A stretch of 64,000 nucleotides of DNA from Podarcis filfolensis (lineage: Eukaryota). Location of the stretch: assembly GCA_964270895.1 (NCBI GenBank), contig OZ185436.1; one strand, given 5' to 3'. Below the pieces are notes generated by a model, which saw only the letters and a list, made by a program, of their open reading frames with translations, made no database searches and was not told the origin of the DNA. Position numbers and translations under genes: made by a program. Positions 21,467 to 33,540 of this stretch are shown here, one piece after another (within the stretch, counting starts at the first letter, position 1; every line of letters begins with the position of its first letter).

Positions 21467-22590
21467 TACTTGTGATCAGTGAGGACCGCTGGCTTGCTTT
21501 CTCCAAAACAAGAGACCTCTTTAGGCACTGTTGCATTTGAACCCTTCCTTGGTTCAGGATTTTAATATAAAAGTACTCATTAGCCTTACTGAGTGCTGCT
21601 TACCAAACAACCATCTAACACTGTTAAACAGTGCTGAAGCAAAAGTGACCTGGCCCAAAGGACAGGTGTGGTGGGGAGTCTGTTAGATGAGGATAGTATA
21701 GTGGGAAAGCAGGTAAGGTAACGCTGAGCTGGAGAGGGATTGGTAAAGAAGCATTTCTTGAGGAAGCTCTTGAAGGAAAAGGAAATTGGCTTGATAGAGT
21801 GGAGAGGCTCTTCTTAAGAGAGCATGCTACATTAGGCAGGAAGATGGGAGAGAGATGAATGGATGGAGTTGGAGCTGACTATAAAGCAGCATGAGGAAAT
21901 GAGAAGGGGCATGAGAGCCAGAGGAGGGGCACAGCTGAGAGAAAGAGAGAGCTAACTTTGTTAAAAGCTGTAATGGTTATATGGGGTTGCTCATGCGTAA
22001 GTTGCCGCCACTCCTGGCTAGGTTGCCTGGTTAAACCTTTTCCTGGCTGGACAGCCCTTCACTTCGTGGCTGTTTCAGTCGCTAGCAGAATCCGTCAGTG
22101 GGCGTTTCTTGAACTTCTTCCAGCAAAGAAGTTCTTTGACGCCAAGTCTACGCCTACTTTCCCTGCGCGGAAGTCTTCTGCGCAGGGTGGGTGTGGGTAG
22201 CGGAGGACCTGTGCTCTCCCCGCTGGTCTCCGGCGAAGAGTCCTGGAGCCCCCTCTCCGATTCCCCCATCCGCCCCCCTTTATCCCTGGTGTTACGCTGA
22301 TTTCCTTCCCCAGCTGATGAGTTCCCTCTCTCCCTGCTGTGCCCTTCTCCAGCATCGCTTGGGAGCCTTGCCTCCACTTCTGGCTCCGATGTCAGTTCCC
22401 TGACAAAAGCATTTGCTAAAAGAAATAAGACTCTTCTCCACAGAGGCTGCTTCATCCCTCTGTCAAGCAACAGCAACTGCAAAGTTTTACATTTATTATT
22501 ATCCCTTTGATTATTCCAAATGTCTCACACATATTCTCTCAGTAATCTTTGCATCAATGCAGAAAGTAGGTAAATATAATTCCCACAGTA

Positions 22591-22816
22591 CAGTGGTACC
22601 TCGGTTTAAGTACTTAATTCGTTCCGGAGTTGCGTTCTTAACCTGAAACTGTTCTTAACCTGAAGCACCACTTTAGCTAATGGGGCCTCCTGCTGCCGCT
22701 GCGCCACTGGAGCACAATTTCTGTTCTCATCCTGAAGCAAAGTTCTTAACCTGAAGCACTATTTCTGGGTTAGCGGAGTCTGTAACCTGAAGCGTATGTA
22801 ACCCGAGGTACCACTG
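22591..22816. mobile_element. Tc1/mariner MITE (opposite orientation to the 21236 copy)
   Basis: Same TIRs, TA TSD. Confidence 0.9.
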
Positions 22817-23404
22817 TATAGATAAAGGACTGGCTAAGAGGCCAACTGAAAAGTTAATGACTGAAGAGAGATTTCAGTCAGGGATTTTCCAGGACCCTCA
22901 CTCTCTCAGCCACTACATTTGTGCACTAGATTGCTATTTAACCATCTAGTCCTGCCCTAAAGGTGAAGAAATTCTCCCACCCCCATTTCTTCCTGACACA
23001 TGAGAAACACTTGCAGCTAAAGGTGGAACACCGAGGGCACTGGTCAGAATGGACTGAAGTGAATGGAGACAATAGAAAATCCTGATGTGAGGACGCATTA
23101 CTGACAGCACTTTAATGAAAGCTCCAGACCAGTCTGAAATGTGCAGACACACATGTGGACAGGACTAGAGCCCATTCCATGGCAACAGCACAGAACTGCT
23201 TCCCTACCTGGCTTGATTTCTCCAGCTACTGACATTCACTGGGATTGCCACACTGGAGTAGATAAGAAGTTCTCTGACTCAGCCAGGAGCTCAGGTTGGT
23301 GTTGGGGAGATTTTGCCTGGCTCTGTGTGGCCCCATTCATTACTCAAGCTGCCAACTCACTAAAAAAAAGTAACCCTTCAGTTGCAGACACTATCCCTTT
23401 TTGG

Positions 23405-23770
23405 CCTGCTTTTTTATTTTATTTTATTTTATTTTATTTTTTGGGGTTGGCCTAGGGTGTGGTTATTCATTTGTGGTTGGCTGTGGTGGTCTTTGTTTTC
23501 ATGTGTGACTGGGGTGGGTGGGTGGGTGTTTTGGATCAGGTTAGCCATATTGATTAGCTGTTGGTGGATTTTTGTCATTGTCTTATTGGGCTGTGTAAGT
23601 GATAAAGGGGAGCGAAGGTGTCTTCTTCTATTTGTCCCCATGTCAGTTTCAGTTTATTGGTTATTTTTTCTAGTAGGGCTGTTTCCCATACTATTTGGTA
23701 CCATTGGTCCATGCTTACTCCTGACAGGTCTCTCCAGTGTCTGGCTATGATGCTTTTGGCCTGCTTTTAT
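23405..23770 (-). mobile_element. L1/Tx1-type LINE 3' fragment with (AAAAT)n tail
   Basis: The - strand encodes AKSIIARHWRDLSGVSMDQWYQIVWETALLEKITNKLKL, an L1-type ORF2 C-terminus. It lies just past the RNASEH2A polyA signal. Confidence 0.7.
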
Positions 23771-24061
23771 GATGCCCCATCGGTCAATTCACACACCACA
23801 GAATTGTTGGTTGTTGTTGTTTTAAATTTATTAGCAAAAAAAGGCGGGGAATATACAAAGGCTTCCAGAAAGAGAGGGATTTGATCAGACCCTTTCTCTT
23901 GACAGATCCTGCGCCTGCTTCTGCTCCAATGTTCTCTTTGCAGCTGGGACTCAAAAGGATTTACAACCTCCAACGAAAAAACAAGCTTGACAAAATTAGA
24001 AAAGTTTCTTGTGTAGATAAAGCAAGATAATCCCACCGAGAAGGGAATAATCTGCTGCCCC

Positions 24062-24200
24062 CTACAGGCTGGTCACGGTCTTAAGCTTTCGTTCATGAAA
24101 GAAACGGTGGGGAGGGCGCTTGCTGGAAGTTTCCTTCCTGGCAAAGTAGCTCAGCAAGGACTGAGCGTTTTTCTGGGCTGCGTCGTCTTCCGTGTCATCC
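24062..24200 (-). CDS. RNASEH2A: RNASEH2A exon 8 (coding part)
   Basis: DDTEDD...[15 protein letters not shown], acceptor ctctacag. Confidence 0.94.
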
Positions 24201-27200
24201 CTGTAGAGAGGAAGGTAAAAGATAAGGGGAAATGAGGGATCTGGGTACAGCATTGTTCCTCCGCTGGCAAGCTATGCTCGACTTCTACTTCTCCTTGAGA
24301 GTTGCGCCCACTTATCTTGGATTCAGACTTCTTCTACCTGCTACAACCACTGACCTTCACTGCCTTCCAAGAGCCGAGATAGAAAACAGGTGCCCTGGCA
24401 GGCAGCCCTTCTTCCCTCAACAGAGACAGTACCGGATTCCTGCCCCATCTATCCAGGGGAAAGTTAACTGGCTGCCTCTCAAGCTCCTCCTGCGGCATTT
24501 GCCATAACTGCCAAGGTCAGCCTGAGATGGGAGGCAGCGGAGAATCAGCCAACTCCCTAGACTCAAGCGGAGGAGCTGCTCCCTGGATTGAGCTGGGTTC
24601 CAGAAAGCTGTGGATATCAGGGAAGGCAGCCACAAGCATCTTTGGGCATCAGCAATTCAGCAACTCTGTGCAGTACTCTGCACGGCCCACATAAGCACAG
24701 AGCAAGGCACAGGGGAGTTAGCAGAGCAAGCCAGCCACAAAAGGGGGGACCCTCCTTACAGCTGATAAATGAATTTAAGGGAAAGGGTCCCATAAACACT
24801 CAGCAGGCCCATTCAGCTCCAACGATTGCCCTCCCCAGTGCCACTATTTAAAAAGCATCCTGGACTGCCAATCCACTATCTTCCTATATAATATTTGTGT
24901 AGGGAAGTCATCATGCTGCATCGCATGTGCAAAACCATCAGAAGGAATCTCTCACATGCCTTTATCAGCAGCAGCTTTTTCCTCCTATGCTCCACAGTTC
25001 CCTCAATATCCCTTCTGAAGGTGCATCTACCGGTCCCGGATCCATCCAACAGTTCTTCCGTCCCCACTTACCAGCAAACGGGCACAGCTTTGCTCTCCAA
25101 GATGACCTGAGCTGTACTCCAGCTGAACCGTACAAACTGTGGGTAGCCAAAGACAGGGTCCAGATTTTGGGTGAGCCACTCTTTAGTCTTGGGATCTGGG
25201 CCGGGGAAGGGGTAGAGAGATTAGAGGATAGATGGCCAAGTATCCTGGCATATTAGTGCTCAGTATTATCTCTACTTCTAAGACTGAGCCGTAGCCTGGA
25301 GAATAGTGGATGGGAAACATGACACAATAGGGGTTTGCAAATCTCCTAAGTACGGTACTGTCTCCACCAACTCTGCTGCTTTCTCGGTGTGTAGTATCTT
25401 AGAGGTCATTTTACACATATACACACACAGACACTCCCCTTTCATTTCAACTTAATGCAAGGACATGGCATTCTGTCCTAGAGGTCAACCCGAGCACAAA
25501 AGCCAATAAGGTCCTACTCACCCTAAGAGAGGGGAGATGGGAGGTATAGACTCTATACTATACTATAGAGGATCTAGGACAGCTAATGGCATCTAGTGAG
25601 GGCTGGGAAAAGCCCACATTGTTGCCAAGTAAACTAAATGTGTAATTCAAAGATGAGAGTGGGGAAGAACATTCACAAATAATAAATGTGGTTCTTAGTC
25701 ACTGCCAAAGTAATGACTTGGCTTATTCATCTGAATGAAGCACTGCACTCTTTGTGTGCCTCCACAGAAACGCAAGAGCCAAAGGTCCATCTTGCCTACC
25801 CTTTTGTTTCCCACATTAAGGCAACAGCCCTCTTCCAGTGTTATCCTCAGCAGCTGACATATTGCCTTACAACATGGAGTTTGCCTATTTCCATCCTATA
25901 TGCTAATAGTTAAGACGTTATCAAGGTGCGACACCTTATTCAGAAAAACAGCACCGTACATGGGCAAGAAAGAATGGAAGAAGGCGGCTTGGGGGCACTC
26001 CCAAGTACAAACAATATCGGGGGGGGGGGGAGAAACCTAACTGGGGGTGAGGGGAACCAGAAACAGATCCGTGAGAACTGAAAATGATCAATGGACACAA
26101 AATGCCGACTGTTGTGGGAGGAGGGGGACAGAAAACCAGGGAGGAAAAAGGGCGAATGGGAAAAAGGGCAAAGAGCCTGGCAGGCTGGCACCCTTGACAT
26201 TTTGTTGCAGGTCCCTCTGATTTTGACTACCCTCTCATCCATGTGTTCATTTTCTTTTAAATCCACCTAAGCTAGAAGAAGAAGAAGAAGAGTTTGGATT
26301 TGATAAACCGCTTTATCACTACCCGAAAGAGTCTCAAAGCGGCTAACATTCTCAGCCACCACATCTTGTGGTGGAAATTCATGTGGCTGGTTCTGTGCCC
26401 AAGCTGAGGAGAAATACTGGGATTACCATTAGGATAGCCAGAGCCATAATCCAAGTCCGCATCTTCCAGATCCTCCAAGAACCTCCAGTTCTTTACCACC
26501 CGGTCCCTTGCCACCTATGGAAAATGAGAGATAACCAACAATGGAATTGCCTTCCTGCATCATTCCCATCTATGTCCTGATCCATCTAGCCTAGTGGTCT
26601 CGAATAGTAGCCAGCCCCTGTCCTAATGAATGATGGCAATAGTCACCCCCTATTGTTTGGCCCCAGCATCCAGTATTCTGCTCCAGCACATGAAAGCTTA
26701 TTTAGCTGTTTCACGGTGGAAGCGGTTAGAGCTTCACAGTTTAATCGTACATCTCTCCAGATACCAGAGAGCACAGTGAGCCAGGAAACAAAGAGATCCT
26801 ATGTCTCGCATTCACCTTGGCACAGATGCTGGCTGCACTGACAACAGGGAAGAGGGAGTCTGCTTTGGGTTTCACTGTAACCTCCAGGTCTGGGAAGTGC
26901 TGCTTGAGTTTTTCTTGGTACTTCTCTGCTGGTCCCACAGTATCCACAAAGACCTGAAGGAGGGAGGAACCATAAAGCACTGAAGAGGTGGGATTTCTTG
27001 CCACTTGCTACAGGTATGGGATGCTGAGCTGGCTCACCTTTGCAACCTGCACTCCAGAGTCCAACGCCCTCTGGATTAACCCAATGGCCGTATCATGCGA
27101 AAGCGCATTCAGGTTGTACTTAGCTCTGCAACAGAAAGGAAGCTATGTTTTTCACTCACAAAAAAACCTTGGCTCTGAGGCCCAAATGTCAGAAAAGGGC

Positions 27201-29723
27201 TGGTTGGAAAAGGTGTTGTGGAGACTGCACCCTGGACCAGCTTATGCCACCACCAGCCAGAACAGAAAGGTGTCTCCGCCAGTACATTACCAATAGAACA
27301 GCTGCCCTGTCCACACAGCAAATAGGAGCTCAAATCTCACATAGTGTTAAGAGTGCAGTGGGCTGTTTGTGCCACAGCCAGTTAACACAGCAAACAACAT
27401 CACAGCAGTAAGCATCATTCTCAAGGATGAGCTGGCATGAAGGATGAAAACAGCTCAGGGGGAGAGACACGGCCTCCCTTCTCTGAAAGAGGTCTGTCTA
27501 ACTTTTCTGATAAACTCCAAGGTGAGAGGCCTCGTGTTCCAATTCCCTTCCCCTTGCTCTGTCCTCTTTAGCCTGCAGCCACTACACAACACATCCAGTG
27601 TCAGCAGCACTTTTTCATTTGCCAGGTCGAAGTGATTTTATTGAAAACTGTGATTTTTTTCTGCCATGTCAGTCTCTGTTATGATTTTATCATTGCAGTT
27701 GTGTTTGGCTATTGTGGCTTTAATGATAGTTAGCCACCTTTGGAAACACGTATGCATTAGAAAGGCAGGGTATTAATCTTTCTAACAAGTACACGAATAA
27801 ACAAAACACAACGATTCCAGGCAGAGAAGCGATCTTGGGAGAAAAACCGCCACCCACTCAAAGCTGTGGTTCTAGCGCAGGGGTGGAGAACCTGCGGCCT
27901 TCCAGGCGTGGCTAAACTACAACTCCCACCACCCCTGACCACTCTTGCTGGGACTGATGGGAGCTGGAGCCCAGCAACATCTCGGGGTGGGGGGGGGGAA
28001 GAGGTTCCCCAACCCTGTTGCAGCGACTTCATCTAATATTGTCTGCTTACCGTCTCTGCATGCTGGTGGAGATGTAATTGGGTGAGAGGATGTGCAGGGC
28101 CCACCCAACAAAATCCTTCGCTGCACCCAGTTTCTCAAAGAGCTGTTCCCGCTGGGCCTCCGTCAGAGTCTTGGAATCTGTGAAGGGAAAGCAAGCAGGG
28201 AGAGGAGGACACAAACTCAAAAAAGATGTGACCTAGGATGAATACAAGCTGGGCAGTGCTTTGACAGCGGTTAGGGGAAACACTCCAAGAGGTACAGCAT
28301 TGCCCCCTTTAGTCCAGATCCCATTTCCTGCCACGCCAGCATTACATCACAGTCCCAGTCAAGCACACCTTTCTTTCCTTTTTACCTGCTACCTTCAGTG
28401 CCTCTAGGTCTCCCTGCCGATCCACAGGACAGTAACAGATTCCATAAACCATGGGACCTGGGAAGAAAGCAGAAGCCAATGCAAGCTACTCTTTCAAGAC
28501 TCAGAGCTCCACCTACAGATACAATACTGCAGGTGTTTTTATAACAACATTGTCATGTGAGAAATGCTCTGAACTAGCAACACTAAGTATAGTTATAATT
28601 ACCGTATTTTTTGCACCATAACACCCACTTTTTTCCTCCTAGAAAGTAAGGGGAAATGTCTGTGCGTGTTATGGAGGGAATGCCTACGGGTGGCATGCCT
28701 ACGGATTTTCCTCCTCTAAAAACTACGTGCGTGTTATGGTCGGGTGCGTGTTATAGAGCGAAAAATACGGTACAGCCCCAGGACAAAACTGGTCCTGCAA
28801 TCAGGAATCCTCCACAAAAGACTCCCCTCCAGCCACCATCACAGGACATTATTCTATTTTAAGGGTGGGGAAGTTCTGCTCGGCAGCAGGGGTGGGGTAG
28901 GGGAAGTAAAAAGCAGTCGTGGGACTGAACAAACTTATTGGCACAGAACTGGAACAACGTTATTTGCAAATCAGGACTGGATTAATTGTCAATTCTACAA
29001 GAGAGTCATTGTGGTGTAGTGTCCGACTAGGGCCTGGAAGACCAAGGTTGAAATGCCCACTCAGTCACTCTCTTGCAGCCTATTCTACCTCACAGGGTTG
29101 TTGTGAGGATAAATTGGGAAGAGGGTCATGTACGCCACTTTGAGCTCCTTGGAGAAAAGGTGGCATACAAATGAAATACTACTACTACAAAAATGCTCTA
29201 TATCCTCACAATTTATCCTCATAATCACCCCTCCTGGCGTTATTAAAGTAGGTTGGCCGATAGCAATAGGAATCCTCTAGCGTCTAGGCCACCTGGCAAG
29301 TCCACGGATCACCCCCAAGGCAGGCGAATATTAAGGATCAGCATGTGATTTGGGACTCCCCTTCTGATGCTTTCAGGCAGTGCTTTTTTCTGGGGGGACG
29401 CATACCCCTAAACATTTTGTGAATCTAAGTTTGACCTCATTGAGGGACAGTATTTCAATATGAGCAAGAAAATGAGAGTACCCCTAAACATTTTTTTAAA
29501 GAAAAAAAGCACTGCTTTTAGAACTCGATTCCTCGCTGGAGCAAAAAGTACCCCAAGGATTCCTCGCTCCCGCCGGTTTCACCCTCAGGCACGTACCCAG
29601 CACCGGACCCCGGCCTGCTTCATCGATGCCCAGGCTGCAAGGTTCGCTCCGGCAAGCGGCGGGCACCGCGGAGTCCAGCAAACAATTCACGGCGTTGTCC
29701 CGCTCGAAAGCGCTCAGGTCCAT
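24062..29723 (-). CDS. RNASEH2A: Ribonuclease H2 subunit A, complement join(29597..29723,28386..28457,28051..28177,27038..27125,26816..26953,26427..26514,25072..25195,24062..24200), 300 aa
   Basis: Eight GT-AG exons (903 nt) in frame. Motifs present: [91 protein letters not shown] on the - strand at 23827-23832. Confidence 0.97.
25072..25195 (-). CDS. RNASEH2A: RNASEH2A exon 7
   Basis: DPKTKEWL...FVRFSWSTA, 124 nt. Confidence 0.95.
26275..26354 (-). mobile_element. SINE 3' tail (family of 38748-38995) in RNASEH2A intron 6
   Basis: Reverse complement of gagaatgttagccgctttgagact...caaactcttcttcttc. Confidence 0.7.
26427..26514 (-). CDS. RNASEH2A: RNASEH2A exon 6
   Basis: VARD...YGSGYPN, 88 nt. 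Confidence 0.96.
26816..26953 (-). CDS. RNASEH2A: RNASEH2A exon 5
   Basis: VFVDTVG...SAASICAK, 138 nt. Confidence 0.96.
27038..27125 (-). CDS. RNASEH2A: RNASEH2A exon 4
   Basis: [17 protein letters not shown], 88 nt. Confidence 0.95.
27878..28017. mobile_element. Short palindromic hAT-type MITE (related copies near 9000, 10600, 13010, 17900, 37800, 38250, 42550, 46200, 49720)
   Basis: CAGGGGTGG...CCAACCCTG ends, 6/8 TSD, internal actacaactccc/gggagctggagcc quasi-palindrome. Confidence 0.7.
28051..28177 (-). CDS. RNASEH2A: RNASEH2A exon 3
   Basis: [11 protein letters not shown]...SPNYISTSM, 127 nt. Confidence 0.95.
28386..28457 (-). CDS. RNASEH2A: RNASEH2A exon 2
   Basis: [10 protein letters not shown]...KVA, 72 nt, AG/GT flanks. 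Confidence 0.95.
28602..28770. mobile_element. pogo/Tigger-like MITE in RNASEH2A intron 1
   Basis: TIR CCGTATTTTT...AAAAATACGG, TA TSD. Confidence 0.85.
29011..29188 (+). mobile_element. Older tRNA-derived SINE with L2-type tail
   Basis: gtggtgtagtg A box, ctacctcacagggttgttgtgagg core, (CTA)n end. Confidence 0.6.
29378..29514. mobile_element. hAT-type MITE in RNASEH2A intron 1
   Basis: TIR CAGTGCTTTTTT...AAAAAAAGCACTG, 6/8 TSD (CTTTCAGG/CTTTTAGA). Confidence 0.75.
29597..29723 (-). CDS. RNASEH2A: RNASEH2A exon 1 (MDLSAFE...[10 protein letters not shown])
   Basis: ATG at 29723, donor G|GTACGT, 127 nt. Confidence 0.96.
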
Positions 29724-30824
29724 TTTCGCGCGTCCCCGGCAAGCGCCGTAAAAACTCGGTACAGGAAACGAAAGGGAAGGGAATCCCAGAGAGTGCGCGG
29801 CTTGCTGGGTATTGTAGTTCGCAGAACAGATCAGACTTGCGCACCAACTTCTCTAACAGTATCGTGGAGGATCCCATCTGGTTGTAAATCAGGACGGTAA
29901 AAGTAGCGGAGAGGAATAGTCAAGACTCCTGGTTTCTGTCCTGTTTCGTAAGGGCTTCATTGCACTTTTGGCACAACATCTGTCCCTGTTGGATTACGTC
30001 TGATGAATGTATGGGACTGCTAAACAGAGCCAGGTATTACTATGCTCTGGCTAGCTAGCACCCAGCTGATGCTACAGTGTTCCCTGAGATCCTTATAGAA
30101 CTTCGGATCTTTTTCATACAGTACTAGAAAGCATTTGTTCGGCCGGTCATCTATGTCCACTCTATGAGCATATTTTACACACTAACAGTGTAACGCTATA
30201 ATGGGTGGACTTCAGGTGGGTGGATTGCATATAACGCTGCCCGTTTTTCCCCTGGCAAAGCTCCTGCGCATTTAACATGTGTGCAAAAGGCAGGCATCGA
30301 GCAGGCGATTCACCAGCTGGATGCCTACCTGTGTCTTGCAGCTGATAAACGGGAGCGTGTTTTCCACGAGCAGAGCGTGTGTACGCAGCAACTGTGAATG
30401 AAGACCGCGAGTGGGCTTGCCATCTTTTGTCTCTGGCAGGAGTCGGGACGTGACGGACAAACATCCAGCAAGGGGTGATAAAAAGATTGACCTGTTGAAC
30501 GTCTGCCTGCCGTGCAGTTGTTTAAAAAAAAAAAAAAACAGGAGCAGAGAAAGAAAGCCAGCAAGCGCCCTTTAGTGGAGTTGTTCGCCGCATTGCAATC
30601 AGAATCGCATTTTGGAGCGGAATGTCTTTGGTTCCCAATTCAATTCCCTTTTTCTGAGTCCAAAGGGAGAAAAAGGGGGGAGGGGTAGCCGGGGTGGGGG
30701 TGACCCGCGCGCGCACATGTTCTCATTGTGAGTCGAATCCGGATTACACCGCCCCCTCCTGCACCTTTGCCCCGCCCTCTCCCAGCACGCTGCACATAAA
30801 ACCCGGCAGCCGCTGCGGCTTGTT

Positions 30825-30900
30825 CTGCTGGTGTCACGCCTCCTCCTCGCTTCGAGAAGCGCTCGGCTTAGCTTTGGGACGGCAGCGCGCGGACCAGGAG
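30825..30900 (+). other. PRDX2: Probable non-coding first exon of PRDX2 (5' end approximate)
   Basis: In a CpG island, about 25-30 nt after CATAAAA (30795-30801) and GC boxes. Ends at donor GAG|GTACGG and contains no ATG. It would splice to the acceptor at 36400. Confidence 0.6.
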
Positions 30901-32759
30901 GTACGGAGGGAGCGAGGGGTGGGCGCCTCGAGGGCATTTCTGGAGCTTTTGCAGCGCTTGTGCATGGAGGCAAATGCGGGCGCGTTGCTCGGGGTTTGCA
31001 GTTCGAGCCTGGCGAGGCCTGCTATGGGGTGGGGGCCTGCAGCGCTTTCTCTCTCCTCCATCCTAGCAGGTTCGAAGGGTCGTCATTTTCTGGGGTCTGT
31101 ATGTGGAGGCGAAGGGCTTCTGGAAGGTTTCGAGGCTTGCAATCCGTGCATCTCCTCGTGTCTTCCAAAGGCGTGATTTTGGGAAGGGGGGCACCTGCAT
31201 TGGAATAAAGTGGGCTGGAAGCTGCGCTGCTCCTCGGTTCTCCTCTGGTCCTTTTTCCCCAAAGCGGAGAGGAGGCGGTGTGAATGCTGCCCATTGTGTC
31301 CTCGGCAAGCGAGTCATAGGGATCTCCTTTGTGTTCTGAGCGGTACAGGGAGGGGGCTGGAAGCAGTGCGGGCTGCCTTGCATTGTCACTGGAATTCAAC
31401 TCCAGGGGTCGATCTTGGCTTCCTCTAACTCTCCTCCTCCTGCTTCCCCCGCCCCCAACCCTGGAAAGCGGCGAGGCTTTCCAGTCTCTTCTCAGCTTGC
31501 ATAGCGCTCCTAGCCTTGCTCGGGGTCTACTCGAGTGAAAATTCATGAAATGGAGCCAGTGACTAAGTGCTCTTGCCTTAAAAATTGGGTCATGGAAACT
31601 GTGCTTTTTAAACAGGACTTTAGTATGGATACAAGAGGTGACGACAGTGCAATAAGTTTAAGCTCTGATTCTTACTAGAGGGGGGAACGAGACAAATGGA
31701 GTAAGATCTGTGCGCTTTTGTTTCAAGTAGTGTATATAGCAGGGGGAAGATGTAATGTTTGCAGAACTTGCACAGAAGTAAACCTACAACGTCGTGCTTC
31801 TGGGATGTTCTCACCTGTGCGGAGGTAACAAGGCCTCTAAATTCCAATCGGTTACCATTTTAAGCGTTCATTCTGTAAACCAAAAAATGTCCAGGTTAAT
31901 AAAGTCCCTCCTAAAATGTATTGGGCTTTTTATTTGGTTCCTAAAATGCAGTTGAAACACTGGAAGATAAGCAACAGACAGTTTTAAAAATGGTTTTGTA
32001 AAGGTTTGGGTAAATAAAAAGGTTTTAAGCATGATTATGAAATAATAGATTGTTGGAGCCTGCCTTACCTAAAGTGTAATGAATGCCACCATTTTTGCCA
32101 TTGTGGTGGTGGTTCTATTGTCCTAGCTAATGTTAATATATGAGGTAAAAACACAGTTTTTCAAGCAAAGACTGACCCAGAGAAGCAAATCAAAGTGCGC
32201 TTTTGACATGCTGCATATGGCTTTATGCTGGGACATTTTATCACCAAACAGGCACCTGTATTCAGCTTGGGGTGGAAAAATACCTCCCCCAGCTGTCATT
32301 TTTTTGTTTAAGAATTAAAGAATCAAATATGGTAATATAAGTCCCGCATAACTTTTAGCCGCTTTCTTCAGTTTTTGCTTGAACTGTAATCTTCTCCTGT
32401 CACGTGTCTTTTGGACATTCCATCATCCCAAATTACTTTGGAAGTCAGCCTGGCGTAGAAAACTATCCCAACTGCCTGCACCAATAGCAACAGATCCTTA
32501 TTAAGCAAACAATGGCTTGGCATTGTCCTTGTACACAACACCGCTCATTCTAAGCCAAAGACACTAATCACCAAATTCAAGGCTGGGTACCCATACTGTA
32601 ACATCTCATGCTTGGCCCAGGAAACTCTGATAAAGCCTTTTAGCTTCTGCAAAAACTCTTGTTTTGTCTTGCTGCCTCCACCACATGCTGGACCTGAAGT
32701 AAGACAAGAATGTAGCAGAGGTCATCATTTCTAGGGCTCAAACTTGCCTGGGTAGTGTA

Positions 32760-33540
32760 ACTTTTTTTCATATGTGGTGGACATGTAAAAAAGTTAAAGA
32801 ATATTGGGAAATGATTTATATTAAGTTGTAAAGATTGTTTAAAACAACATTCCCAAAAAGACCAGGGGACTTTCTGTCAGGAATAGTTCAGACTGAAGTT
32901 CCCAGGTGTCAGAAAAAATGATTTATGTATGCAACAATGGCTGCTTGAGTTTTGTTAGCTCAAAGATGGAAAGTGAGGGAGGTCCCAAGTAAGGAGGACT
33001 GGCAACTTAAGATGATAGAATTTGCAGAACTAGCAGGTTTAACATATAGAATAAGAGAGCATCTATTTAAAGAGGAGTAGAAAATATTTGCTGAGTACAG
33101 TGGTACCTCGGTTTAAGAAAAGCCCAGTTTACGAACTCCACAAAACCGGAAGTAGTGTCCCGGTTTGCAAACTTTACCTTGGTCTAAGAACGGAAGCCAA
33201 ATGGTGGAAGGGCACTGGCGGCGGGAGGCCTCATTAGGGAAAGTGTGCCTTGGCTTAAGAACAGACCTCCGGAACGGATTAAGTTCGTAAACTGAGGTAC
33301 CACTGTATTTGGAAAATAACTGTACAGCTGAATACACTGGCAGCATTAAGCTAAATTCAGCAGTGTGGTTAATATTTGAATGATGTAAATTGGAGAATGA
33401 CTTAAATGGTTGCAGAAAAATAGGCAGGAATGATAGACAAGTAAAATGAACCATGGAAGGAGAAGGAGGGAAGTCATTGGATATATGGTACTATGTAAAA
33501 TGCTTATTTTGAGACATATAACTGGAAAACTTAATAAAAA
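32760..33540 (+). mobile_element. L1-type LINE 3' fragment in PRDX2 intron 1
   Basis: Degenerate FFHMWWTCKKVKEYWEMIY...QRWK...DWQLKMIEFAELA (L1 ORF2 C-terminus) with in-frame stops. Confidence 0.8.
33098..33305. mobile_element. Tc1/mariner MITE nested in the L1 fragment
   Basis: CAGTGGTACCTC TIRs, TA TSD. Confidence 0.9.

Larger units (their letters stand above)
29560..31550. promoter_or_regulatory. CpG island / divergent RNASEH2A-PRDX2 promoter region
   Basis: High CpG density. E2F site TTTCGCGC at 29724-29731, ZNF143/THAP11-type motif at 29800-29818, GC boxes near 30750-30777, TATA-like element at 30795. Confidence 0.8.

Noticed and set aside
23382-23750. Hydrophobic GT-rich ORF suggesting an ND6-like NUMT or membrane protein
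   Set aside because: The opposite strand encodes an L1-type ORF2 C-terminus with an A-rich tail.
30599-31546. Several 100-174 aa ORFs at the PRDX2 promoter and intron 1
   Set aside because: CpG-island artefacts. No thrombospondin WxxWxxC motif was seen, so no sign of the small THSD8 gene I recall between human PRDX2 and RNASEH2A.
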